From the human T2T-CHM13v2.0 reference genome, Homo sapiens, in the NCBI RefSeq assembly GCF_009914755.1, contig NC_060933.1: DNA of 64,000 bases, one strand, 5' to 3'. Every line of letters begins with the position of its first letter. Position 1 is the stretch's first letter. The notes beneath the pieces are model-generated. The model ran no database searches. It was not told the origin of the DNA and saw nothing but the letters and a program-made list of their open reading frames with translations. Of the stretch, positions 15,201 through 28,900 are shown one piece after another. A program made the translations under genes and the position numbers.

Positions 15201-16430
15201 TTCCATTCCATTGTATTCGGGTTAATTCCATTCCATTCCATTCCATTCCATTCCATTCCATTCCATTCCATTACAATCGAGTTGATTCCATTCCATTCCA
15301 TTCCATTCCAGTCCTTTCCATTCCATTCCACTCGGGTTGATTCCATTCTATTTGTTTCCATTCCATTCCATTCCCTTCCATTGTATTCGGGTTAATTCCA
15401 TTCCATTCCATTCCATTCCATTCCATTCCATTCCATTACAAACGAGTTGATTCCATTCCATTCCATTCCATTCCAGTCCTTTCCATTCCATTCCACTCGG
15501 GTTGATTCCATTCTATTAGTTTCCATTCCATTCCATTCCCTTCCATTCCACTCTGGTTGATTCCATTCCTTTCCATTCCACTCGAATACTTTCCCTCCTA
15601 TTCCACTCGGAACGATTCCATTCCATTCCATTCCATTCCTTTCCATTCAATTCCATTTCGTTCCATTCCATTCTATTCCGTATCTTTCCATTCCATTCCA
15701 TTCCATTCCATTCCATTCCATTCCATTCCATTGTACTCGGGTTGATTCCATTCCATTGCATTCCATTCCATTCCATTCCATTCCATTCCATTCCGTTGCA
15801 TTCCATTCCATTACATTCGGATTGATTCTATTCAACTCCCTTACTCTCCATTACATTCCATTCCATTCGGGTTGTTCCATTCCATTCCATTCCATTCCAC
15901 TCCATTCCATTGCACTCGGGTTGATTCCATTCCATTCCATTCCATTCCATTCCATTCCATTCCGGATGATTCCATTCCATTGCATTCCGTTCCATTACAT
16001 TCCCCTGCACTCGCGTTGATTCCATTCCATTCCATTCCATTCCATTCAATTCCATTCCATTACAATTCGTTCCATTCCATTCTATTCCGTACCATTCCAT
16101 TCCATTCCATACCATTCCATTCCATTCCATTCCATTCCATTCCGTTCCATTCCGTTCCATTCCATTCCATTCCATTCTATTCGGATTAATTGCATTCCAT
16201 TCCATTTCATTCCATTCTATTCCATTCCATTGCAATCGAGTTGAATCCATTGCATTTCATTCCATTCCATTCCATTCCATTCCATTCCGGAAGTTTCCAT
16301 TCCATTGCATTCCATTCCATTCCATTCCCCTGCACTCGCGTTGATTCCATTCCATTCCATTCCATTCCATTCCGTTCCGTTCCATTCCATTGCATTCCAT
16401 TCCGTTCCGTTCCATTCCATTCCATTCCAT
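12208..16430 (+). repeat. HOR unit U2, long form (4223 bp)
   Basis: Marker spacing 12240 to 16463; contains the L-only block GAATACTTTCCCTCCTA (~15584). Confidence 0.9.
13099..13113. promoter_or_regulatory. Perfect 3-unit heat-shock element motif ATTCCGGAAGATTCC (one example of a recurring site)
   Basis: Reads aTTCc-gGAAg-aTTCc = nTTCnnGAAnnTTCn, the canonical HSF1 trimer site. Other copies include 1354, 3286, 7100, 10218 and 14421. Motif match only; binding is not shown. Confidence 0.5.
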
Positions 16431-19169
16431 TCCATTGCATTCCATTACATTCCACTCCATTCCAGTCCTTTGCATTCCATTCCACTCGGGTTGATTCCAA
16501 TGTATTCCTTTCCATTCCATTCCATTCCACTGCAATCGAGTTGATTCCATTGCTTTGCATTCCATTCCATTCCATTCCATTCCGGATGATTCCATTCCAT
16601 TGCATTCCATTCCATTCCATTCCCCTGCACTCCGGTTGATTCCATTCCATTCCCCTCCATTCCATTCCATTCCATTCCATTCCATTGTATTCGGGTTAAT
16701 TCCATTCCATTCCATTCCATTCCATTCCATTCCATTCCTTTCCATTCCATTACGGATGATTCCATTCCATTGCATTCCATTCTATTCCATTCCCCTGTAC
16801 TCGGGTTGATTCCATTCCATTCCATTCCAATCCATGCCATTCCACTCGTGTTGATTCCATTCTTTCCATTCCATTCAAGTTGATTCCATTCCATTTCATT
16901 CCATTCCATTCGATTCCATTCGATTGCACTCGGGTTGATTCCATTCCATTGCATTCCATTCCATTCCATTCCATTCCATTCCATTCCATTCCGTTCCATT
17001 CCATTCCATTACATTCGGATTGATTCTATTCAATTCCCTTACACTCCATTACATTCCATTCCATTCGGGTAGTTTCCATTCCATTCCATTCCATTCCTCT
17101 CCATTCCATTGCACTCGGGTTGATTCCATTCCATTGCATTCCATTCCATTCCATTCAATTCCATTCCGTTCCATTCCATTCCATTACATTCGGATTGATT
17201 CTATTCAACTCCCTTACTCTCCATTATATTCCATTCCATTCGGGTTGTTCCATTCCATTCCGTTCCATTCCACTCCATTCCATTGCACTCGGGTTGATTC
17301 CATTCCATTCCATTCCATTCCATTCCATTCCGGAAGATTCCATTCCATTGCATTCCGTTCCATTCCATTCCCCTGCACTCGCGTTGATTCCATTCCATTC
17401 CATTCTATTCCATTCCATTCCCTTCCTTTCCGTTCCTTTCCATTCCATTCCATTCCATTCCGTTCCGTTCCATTCCATTCCATTCCATTCTATTCGGGTT
17501 AATTCCATTCCATTCCATTCGATTGCAATCGAGTTGATTCCATTCCATTCCATTCCATTCCATTCCATTCCATTCCTTTCCATTCCATTACGGATGATTC
17601 CATTCCATTGCATTCCATTCCATTCCATTCCCCTGTACTCGGGTTGATTCCATTCCATTCCATTCCAATCCATGTCATTCCACTCGTGTTGATTCCATTC
17701 TTTCCATTCCATTCAAGTTGAATCCATTCCATTGCATTCCATTCCATTCGATTCCATTTGATTGCACTCGGGTTGATTCCATTCCATTCCATTCCATTCC
17801 ATTCCATTCCATTTCGTTCCATTCCATTCTATTCCGTATCATTCCATTCCATTCCATTGTACTCGGGTTGATTCCATTCCATTGCATTCCATTCCATTCC
17901 ATTCCATTCCATTCAGTTGCATTCCATTCCATTACGTTCGGATTGATTCTATTCAACTCCCTTACTCTCCATTCCATTCCATTCCATTCAGGTTGTTCCA
18001 CTCCATTCCATTCCATTCCACTCCATTCCATTGCACTCGGGTTGATTCCATTCCATTCCATTCCATTCTGGATGATTCCATTCCATTGCATTCCGTTCCA
18101 TTACATTCCCCTGCACTCAAGTTGATTCCATTCCATTCCATTCCATTCCATTCCATTCCATTCAATTCCATTCCATTACAATTCGTTCCATTCCATTCTA
18201 TTCCGTACCATTCCATTCCATTCCATACCATTCCATTCCATTCCATTCCATTCCGTTCCATTCCATTCCTTTCCGTTCCATTCCGTTCCATTCCATTCCA
18301 TTCCATTCCATTCGGATTAATTCCATTCCATTCTATTCCATTCCATTCTATTCCATTCCATTGCAATCGAGTTGAATCCATTGCATTTCATTCCATTCCA
18401 TTCCATTCCATTCCATTCCGGAAGTTTCCATTCCATTGCATTCCATTCCATTCCATTCCATTCCATTCAATTCCGTTCCATTCCATTCCATTACATTCGG
18501 ATTGATTCTATTCAACTCCCTTAGTCTCCATTACATTCCATTCCATTCGGGTTGTTCCATTCCATTCCATTCCATTCCACTCCATTCCATTGCACTTGGG
18601 TTTATTCCATACCATTCCATTCCATTCCATTCAATTCCATTCCATTCCGGAAGATTCCATTCCATTGCATTCCATTCCATTCCATTCCCCTGCACTCGCG
18701 TTGATTCCATTCCATTCCATTCCATTCCATTCCGTTCCGTTCCGTTCCGTTCCATTCCATTCCATTCCATTCCATTCCGTTCCGTTCCATTCCATTCCAT
18801 TCCATTCTATTCGGGTTAATTCCATTCCATTCCATTCGATTGCAATCGAGTTGATTCCATTCCATTCCATTCCATTCCATTGCATTCCTTTCCATTCCAT
18901 TCCATTCCTTTCCATTCCATTACGGATGATTCCATTCCATTGCATTCCATTCCATTCCGTTCCCCTGTACTCGGGTTGATTCCATTCCATTCCATTCCAA
19001 TCCATGCCATTCCACTCGTGTTGATTCCATTCTTTCCATTCCATTCAAGTTGAATCCATTCCATTGCATTCCATTCCATTCCATTCCCCTGCAGTCGGGT
19101 TGATTCCATTCCATTCCATTCCATTCCATTCCATTCCATTCCAATCAAGTTGATTCCATTCCATTCCAT
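16431..19169 (+). repeat. HOR unit U3, short form (2739 bp)
   Basis: Marker spacing 16463 to 19202; lacks the CCAATGTACTCC...GAATACTTT...GGATTAATTGC segment. Confidence 0.9.
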
Positions 19170-21923
19170 TCCATTGCATTCCATTACATTCCACTCCATT
19201 CCAGTCCTTTGCATTCCATTCCACTCGGGTTGATTCCAATGTATTCCTTTCCATTCCATTCCATTCCACTGCAATCGAGTTGATTCCATTGCTTTGCATT
19301 CCATTCCATTCCATTCCATTCCGGATGATTCCATTCCATTGCATTCCATTCCATTCCATTCCCCTGCACTCCGGTTGATTCCATTCCATTCCCCTCCATT
19401 CCATTCCATTCCATTCCATTCCATTGTATTCGGGTTAATTCCATTCCATTCCATTCCATTCCATTCCATTCCTTTCCATTCCATTACGGATGATTCCATT
19501 CCATTGCATTCCATTCTATTCCATTCCCCTGTACTCGGGTTGATTCCATTCCATTCCATTCCAATCCATGCCATTCCACTCGTGTTGATTCCATTCTTTC
19601 CATTCCATTCAAGTTGATTCCATTCCATTTCATTCCATTCCATTCGATTCCATTCGATTGCACTCGGGTTGATTCCATTCCATTGCATTCCATTCCATTC
19701 CATTCCATTCCATTCCATTCCATTCCGTTCCATTCCATTCCATTACATTCGGATTGATTGTATTCAATTCCCTTACACTCCATTACATTCCATTCCATTC
19801 GGGTAGTTTCCATTCCATTCCATTCCATTCCTCTCCATTCCATTGCACTCGGGTTGATTCCATTCCATTGCATTCCATTCCATTCCATTCAATTCCATTC
19901 CGTTCCATTCCATTCCATTACATTCGGATTGATTCTATTCAACTCCCTTACTCTCCATTATATTCCATTCCATTCGGGTTGTTCCATTCCATTCCGTTCC
20001 ATTCCACTCCATTCCATTGCACTCGGGTTGATTCCATTCCATTCCATTCCATTCCATTCCATTCCGGAAGATTCCATTCCATTGCATTCCGTTCCATTCC
20101 ATTCCCCTGCACTCGCGTTGATTCCATTCCATTCCATTCTATTCCATTCCATTCCCTTCCTTTCCGTTCCTTTCCATTCCATTCCATTCCATTCCGTTCC
20201 GTTCCATTCCATTCCATTCCATTCTATTCGGGTTAATTCCATTCCATTCCATTCGATTGCAATCGAGTTGATTCCATTCCATTCCATTCCATTCCATTCC
20301 ATTCCATTCCTTTCCATTCCATTACGGATGATTCCATTCCATTGCATTCCATTCCATTCCATTCCCCTGTACTCGGGTTGATTCCATTCCATTCCATTCC
20401 AATCCATGTCATTCCACTCGTGTTGATTCCATTCTTTCCATTCCATTCAAGTTGAATCCATTCCATTGCATTCCATTCCATTCGATTCCATTTGATTGCA
20501 CTCGGGTTGATTCCATTCCATTCCATTCCATTCCATTCCATTCCATTCCATTTCGTTCCATTCCATTCTATTCCGTATCATTCCATTCCATTCCATTCCA
20601 TTCCATTCCATTCCATTGTACTCGGGTTGATTCCATTCCATTGCATTCCATTCCATTCCATTCCATTCCATTCAGTTGCATTCCATTCCATTACGTTCGG
20701 ATTGATTCTATTCAACTCCCTTACTCTCCATTCCATTCCATTCCATTCAGGTTGTTCCACTCCATTCCATTCCATTCCACTCCATTCCATTGCACTCGGG
20801 TTGATTCCATTCCATTCCATTCCATTCTGGATGATTCCATTCCATTGCATTCCGTTCCATTACATTCCCCTGCACTCAAGTTGATTCCATTCCATTCCAT
20901 TCCATTCCATTCCATTCAATTCCATTCCATTACAATTCGTTCCATTCCATTCTATTCCGTACCATTCCATTCCATTCCATACCATTCCATTCCATTCCAT
21001 TCCATTCCGTTCCATTCCATTCCTTTCCGTTCCATTCCGTTCCATTCCATTCCATTCCATTCCATTCGGATTAATTCCATTCCATTCTATTCCATTCCAT
21101 TCTATTCCATTCCATTGCAATCGAGTTGAATCCATTGCATTTCATTCCATTCCATTCCATTCCATTCCATTCCGGAAGTTTCCATTCCATTGCATTCCAT
21201 TCCATTCCATTCCATTCCATTCAATTCCGTTCCATTCCATTCCATTACATTCGGATTGATTCTATTCAACTCCCTTAGTCTCCATTACATTCCATTCCAT
21301 TCGGGTTGTTCCATTCCATTCCATTCCATTCCACTCCATTCCATTGCACTTGGGTTTATTCCATACCATTCCATTCCATTCCATTCAATTCCATTCCATT
21401 CCGGAAGATTCCATTCCATTGCATTCCATTCCATTCCATTCCCCTGCACTCGCGTTGATTCCATTCCATTCCATTCCATTCCATTCCGTTCCGTTCCGTT
21501 CCGTTCCATTCCATTCCATTCCATTCCATTCCGTTCCGTTCCATTCCATTCCATTCCATTCTATTCGGGTTAATTCCATTCCATTCCATTCGATTGCAAT
21601 CGAGTTGATTCCATTCCATTCCATTCCATTCCATTGCATTCCTTTCCATTCCATTCCATTCCTTTCCATTCCATTACGGATGATTCCATTCCATTGCATT
21701 CCATTCCATTCCGTTCCCCTGTACTCGGGTTGATTCCATTCCATTCCATTCCAATCCATGCCATTCCACTCGTGTTGATTCCATTCTTTCCATTCCATTC
21801 AAGTTGAATCCATTCCATTGCATTCCATTCCATTCCATTCCCCTGCAGTCGGGTTGATTCCATTCCATTCCATTCCATTCCATTCCATTCCATTCCAATC
21901 AAGTTGATTCCATTCCATTCCAT
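19170..21923 (+). repeat. HOR unit U4, short form (2754 bp)
   Basis: Marker spacing 19202 to 21956; same short-form junction as U3. Confidence 0.9.
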
Positions 21924-24900
21924 TCCATTGCATTCCATTACATTCCACTCCATTCCAGTCCTTTGCATTCCATTCCACTCGGGTTGATTCCAATGTATTC
22001 CTTTCCATTCCATTCCATTCCACTGCAATCGAGTTGATTCCATTGCTTTGCATTCCATTCCATTCCATTCCATTCCGGATGATTCCATTCCATTGCATTC
22101 CATTCCATTCCATTCCCCTGCACTCCGGTTGATTCCATTCCATTCCCCTCCATTCCATTCCATTCCATTCCATTCCATTGTATTCGGGTTAATTCCATTC
22201 CATTCCATTCCATTCCATTCCATTCCTTTCCATTCCATTACGGATGATTCCATTCCATTGCATTCCATTCTATTCCATTCCCCTGTACTCGGGTTGATTC
22301 CATTCCATTCCATTCCAATCCATGCCATTCCACTCGTGTTGATTCCATTCTTTCCATTCCATTCAAGTTGATTCCATTCCATTTCATTCCATTCCATTCG
22401 ATTCCATTCGATTGCACTCGGGTTGATTCCATTCCATTGCATTCCATTCCATTCCATTCCATTCCATTCCATTCCATTCCGTTCCATTCCATTCCATTAC
22501 ATTCGGATTGATTCTATTCAATTCCCTTACACTCCATTACATTCCATTCCATTCGGGTAGTTTCCATTCCATTCCATTCCATTCCTCTCCATTCCATTGC
22601 ACTCGGGTTGATTCCATTCCATTGCATTCCATTCCATTCCATTCAATTCCATTCCGTTCCATTCCATTCCATTACATTCGGATTGATTCTATTCAACTCC
22701 CTTACTCTCCATTATATTCCATTCCATTCGGGTTGTTCCATTCCATTCCGTTCCATTCCACTCCATTCCATTGCACTCGGGTTGATTCCATTCCATTCCA
22801 TTCCATTCCATTCCATTCCATTCCGGAAGATTCCATTCCATTGCATTCCGTTCCATTCCATTCCCCTGCACTCGCGTTGATTCCATTCCATTCCATTCTA
22901 TTCCATTCCATTCCCTTCCTTTCCGTTCCTTTCCATTCCATTCCATTCCATTCCGTTCCGTTCCATTCCATTCCGTTCCATTCTATTCGGGTTAATTCCA
23001 TTCCATTCCATTCGATTGCAATCGAGTTGATTCCATTCCATTCCATTCCATTCCATTCCATTCCATTCCTTTCCATTCCATTACGGATGATTCCATTCCA
23101 TTGCATTCCATTCCATTCCATTCCCCTGTACTCGGGTTGATTCCATTCCATTCCATTCCAATCCATGTCATTCCACTCGTGTTGATTCCATTCTTTCCAT
23201 TCCATTCAAGTTGAATCCATTCCATTGCATTCCATTCCATTCGATTCCATTTGATTGCACTCGGGTTGATTCCATTCCATTCCATTCCATTCCATTCCAT
23301 TCCATTCCATTTCGTTCCATTCCATTCTATTCCGTATCATTCCATTCCATTCCATTCCATTCCATTCCATTCCATTGTACTCGGGTTGATTCCATTCCAT
23401 TGCATTCCATTCCATTCCATTCCATTCCATTCAGTTGCATTCCATTCCATTACGTTCGGATTGATTCTATTCAACTCCCTTACTCTCCATTCCATTCCAT
23501 TCCATTCAGGTTGTTCCACTCCATTCCATTCCATTCCACTCCATTCCATTGCACTCGGGTTGATTCCATTCCATTCCATTCCATTCCGGATGATTCCATT
23601 CCATTGCATTCCGTTCCATTACATTCCCCTGCACTCAAGTTGATTCCATTCCTTTCCATTCCATTCCATTCCATTCCATTCAATTCCATTCCATTACAAT
23701 TCGTTCCATTCCATTCTATTCCGTACCATTCCATTCCATTCCATACCATTCCATTCCATTCCATTCCATTCCGTTCCATTCCATTCCTTTCCGTTCCATT
23801 CCGTTCCATTCCATTCCATTCCATTCCATTCGGATTAATTCCATTCCATTCTATTCCATTCCATTCTATTCCATTCCATTGCAATCGAGTTGAATCCATT
23901 GCATTTCATTCCATTCCATTCCATTCCATTCCATTCCGGAAGTTTCCATTCCATTGCATTCCATTCCATTCCATTCCATTCCATTCCATTCAATTCCGTT
24001 CCATTCCATTCCATTACATTCGGATTGATTCTATTCAACTCCCTTAGTCTCCATTACATTCCATTCCATTCGGGTTGTTCCATTCCATTCCATTCCATTC
24101 CACTCCATTCCATTGCACTTGGGTTTATTCCATACCATTCCATTCCATTCCATTCAATTCCATTCCATTCCGGAAGATTCCATTCCATTGCATTCCATTC
24201 CATTCCATTCCCCTGCACTCGCGTTGATTCCATTCCATTCCATTCCATTCCATTCCGTTCCGTTCCGTTCCGTTCCATTCCATTCCATTCCATTCCATTC
24301 CGTTCCGTTCCATTCCATTCCATTCCATTCTATTCGGGTTAATTCCATTCCATTCCATTCGATTGCAATCGAGTTGATTCCATTCCATTCCATTCCATTC
24401 CATTGCATTCCTTTCCATTCCATTCCATTCCTTTCCATTCCATTACGGATGATTCCATTCCATTGCATTCCATTCCATTCCGTTCCCCTGTACTCGGGTT
24501 GATTCCATTCCATTCCATTCCAATCCATGCCATTCCACTCGTGTTGATTCCATTCTTTCCATTCCATTCAAGTTGAATCCATTCCATTGCATTCCATTCC
24601 ATTCCATTCCCCTGCAGTCGGGTTGATTCCATTCCATTCCATTCCATTCCATTCCATTCCATTCCAATCAAGTTGATTCCATTCCATTCCATTCCATTGC
24701 ATTCCATTCCATTCCACTCCATTCCAGTCCTTTCCATTCCATTCCACTCGGGTTGATTCCAATGTACTCCTTTCCATTCCATTCCATTCCATTGCAATCG
24801 AGTTGATTCCATTGCTTTGCATTCCATTCCATTCGATTCCATTTCGGATGATTCCATTCCATTGCATTCCATTCCATTCCATTCCCCTGCACTCGGGTTG

Positions 24901-26156
24901 ATTCCATTCCATTCCACTCCATTCCATTCCATTCCATTCCATTCCATTGTATTCGGGTTAATTCCATTCCATTCCATTCCATTCCATTCCATTCCATTCC
25001 ATTACAATCGAGTTGATTCCATTCCATTCCATTCCATTCCAGTCCTTTCCATTCCATTCCACTCGGGTTGATTCCATTCTATTTGTTTCCATTCCATTCC
25101 ATTCCCTTCCATTGTATTCGGGTTAATTCCATTCCATTCCATTCCATTCCATTCCATTCCATTCCATTACAAACGAGTTGATTCCATTCCATTCCATTCC
25201 ATTCCAGTCCTTTCCATTCCATTCCACTCGGGTTGATTCCATTCTATTAGTTTCCATTCCATTCCATTCCCTTCCATTCCACTCTGGTTGATTCCATTCC
25301 TTTCCATTCCACTCGAATACTTTCCCTCCTATTCCACTCGGAACGATTCCATTCCATTCCATTCCATTCCTTTCCATTCAATTCCATTTCGTTCCATTCC
25401 ATTCTATTCCGTATCATTCCATTCCATTCCATTCCATTCCATTCCATTCCATTCCATTCCATTGTACTCGGGTTGATTCCATTCCATTGCATTCCATTCC
25501 ATTCCATTCCATTCCATTCCGTTGCATTCCATTCCATTACATTCGGATTGATTCTATTCAACTCCCTTACTCTCCATTACATTCCATTCCATTCGGGTTG
25601 TTCCATTCCATTCCATTCCATTCCACTCCATTCCATTGCACTCGGGTTGATTCCATTCCATTCCATTCCATTCCATTCCATTCCATTCCGGATGATTCCA
25701 TTCCATTGCATTCCGTTCCATTACATTCCCCTGCACTCGCGTTGATTCCATTCCATTCCATTCCATTCCATTCAATTCCATTCCATTACAATTCGTTCCA
25801 TTCCATTCTATTCCGTACCATTCCATTCCATTCCATACCATTCCATTCCATTCCATTCCATTCCATTCCGTTCCATTCCGTTCCATTCCATTCCATTCCA
25901 TTCTATTCGGATTAATTGCATTCCATTCCATTTCATTCCATTCTATTCCATTCCATTGCAATCGAGTTGAATCCATTGCATTTCATTCCATTCCATTCCA
26001 TTCCATTCCATTCCGGAAGTTTCCATTCCATTGCATTCCATTCCATTCCATTCCCCTGCACTCGCGTTGATTCCATTCCATTCCATTCCATTCCATTCCG
26101 TTCCGTTCCATTCCATTGCATTCCATTCCGTTCCGTTCCATTCCATTCCATTCCAT
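21924..26156 (+). repeat. HOR unit U5, long form (4233 bp)
   Basis: Marker spacing 21956 to 26189; carries CTCAAGTTGATTCCATTCCTTTCC (~23634), shared only with U7. Confidence 0.9.
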
Positions 26157-28900
26157 TCCATTGCATTCCATTACATTCCACTCCATTCCAGTCCTTTGCA
26201 TTCCATTCCACTCGGGTTGATTCCAATGTATTCCTTTCCATTCCATTCCATTCCACTGCAATCGAGTTGATTCCATTGCTTTGCATTCCATTCCATTCCA
26301 TTCCATTCCGGATGATTCCATTCCATTGCATTCCATTCCATTCCATTCCCCTGCACTCCGGTTGATTCCATTCCATTCCCCTCCATTCCATTCCATTCCA
26401 TTCCATTCCATTGTATTCGGGTTAATTCCATTCCATTCCATTCCATTCCATTCCATTCCTTTCCATTCCATTACGGATGATTCCATTCCATTGCATTCCA
26501 TTCTATTCCATTCCCCTGTACTCGGGTTGATTCCATTCCATTCCATTCCAATCCATGCCATTCCACTCGTGTTGATTCCATTCTTTCCATTCCATTCAAG
26601 TTGATTCCATTCCATTTCATTCCATTCCATTCGATTCCATTCGATTGCACTCGGGTTGATTCCATTCCATTGCATTCCATTCCATTCCATTCCATTCCGT
26701 TCCATTCCATTCCATTACATTCGGATTGATTCTATTCAATTCCCTTACACTCCATTACATTCCATTCCATTCGGGTAGTTTCCATTCCATTCCATTCCAT
26801 TCCTCTCCATTCCATTGCACTCGGGTTGATTCCATTCCATTGCATTCCATTCCATTCCATTCAATTCCATTCCGTTCCATTCCATTCCATTACATTCGGA
26901 TTGATTCTATTCAACTCCCTTACTCTCCATTATATTCCATTCCATTCGGGTTGTTCCATTCCATTCCGTTCCATTCCACTCCATTCCATTGCACTCGGGT
27001 TGATTCCATTCCATTCCATTCCATTCCATTCCATTCCGGAAGATTCCATTCCATTGCATTCCGTTCCATTCCATTCCCCTGCACTCGCGTTGATTCCATT
27101 CCATTCCATTCTATTCCATTCCATTCCCTTCCTTTCCGTTCCTTTCCATTCCATTCCATTCCATTCCGTTCCGTTCCATTCCATTCCATTCCATTCTATT
27201 CGGGTTAATTCCATTCCATTCCATTCGATTGCAATCGAGTTGATTCCATTCCATTCCATTCCATTCCATTCCATTCCATTCCATTCCTTTCCATTCCATT
27301 ACGGATGATTCCATTCCATTGCATTCCATTCCATTCCATTCCCCTGTACTCGGGTTGATTCCATTCCATTCCATTCCAATCCATGTCATTCCACTCGTGT
27401 TGATTCCATTCTTTCCATTCCATTCAAGTTGAATCCATTCCATTGCATTCCATTCCATTCGATTCCATTTGATTGCACTCGGGTTGATTCCATTCCATTC
27501 CATTCCATTCCATTCCATTCCATTCCATTTCGTTCCATTCCATTCTATTCCGTATCATTCCATTCCATTCCATTCCATTCCATTCCATTCCATTGTACTC
27601 GGGTTGATTCCATTCCATTGCATTCCATTCCATTCCATTCCATTCCATTCAGTTGCATTCCATTCCATTACGTTCGGATTGATTCTATTCAACTCCCTTA
27701 CTCTCCATTCCATTCCATTCCATTCAGGTTGTTCCACTCCATTCCATTCCATTCCACTCCATTCCATTGCACTCGGGTTGATTCCATTCCATTCCATTCC
27801 ATTCTGGATGATTCCATTCCATTGCATTCCGTTCCATTACATTCCCCTGCACTCAAGTTGATTCCATTCCATTCCATTCCATTCCATTCCATTCAATTCC
27901 ATTCCATTACAATTCGTTCCATTCCATTCTATTCCGTACCATTCCATTCCATTCCATACCATTCCATTCCATTCCATTCCATTCCGTTCCATTCCATTCC
28001 TTTCCGTTCCATTCCGTTCCATTCCATTCCATTCCATTCCATTCGGATTAATTCCATTCCATTCTATTCCATTCCATTCTATTCCATTCCATTGCAATCG
28101 AGTTGAATCCATTGCATTTCATTCCATTCCATTCCATTCCATTCCATTCCGGAAGTTTCCATTCCATTGCATTCCATTCCATTCCATTCCATTCCATTCA
28201 ATTCCGTTCCATTCCATTCCATTACATTCGGATTGATTCTATTCAACTCCCTTAGTCTCCATTACATTCCATTCCATTCGGGTTGTTCCATTCCATTCCA
28301 TTCCATTCCACTCCATTCCATTGCACTTGGGTTTATTCCATACCATTCCATTCCATTCCATTCAATTCCATTCCATTCCGGAAGATTCCATTCCATTGCA
28401 TTCCATTCCATTCCATTCCCCTGCACTCGCGTTGATTCCATTCCATTCCATTCCATTCCATTCCGTTCCGTTCCGTTCCGTTCCATTCCATTCCATTCCA
28501 TTCCATTCCGTTCCGTTCCATTCCATTCCATTCCATTCTATTCGGGTTAATTCCATTCCATTCCATTCGATTGCAATCGAGTTGATTCCATTCCATTCCA
28601 TTCCATTCCATTGCATTCCTTTCCATTCCATTCCATTCCTTTCCATTCCATTACGGATGATTCCATTCCATTGCATTCCATTCCATTCCGTTCCCCTGTA
28701 CTCGGGTTGATTCCATTCCATTCCATTCCAATCCATGCCATTCCACTCGTGTTGATTCCATTCTTTCCATTCCATTCAAGTTGAATCCATTCCATTGCAT
28801 TCCATTCCATTCCATTCCCCTGCAGTCGGGTTGATTCCATTCCATTCCATTCCATTCCATTCCATTCCATTCCAATCAAGTTGATTCCATTCCATTCCAT
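26157..28900 (+). repeat. HOR unit U6, short form (2744 bp)
   Basis: Marker spacing 26189 to 28933; near-identical to U4. Confidence 0.9.
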
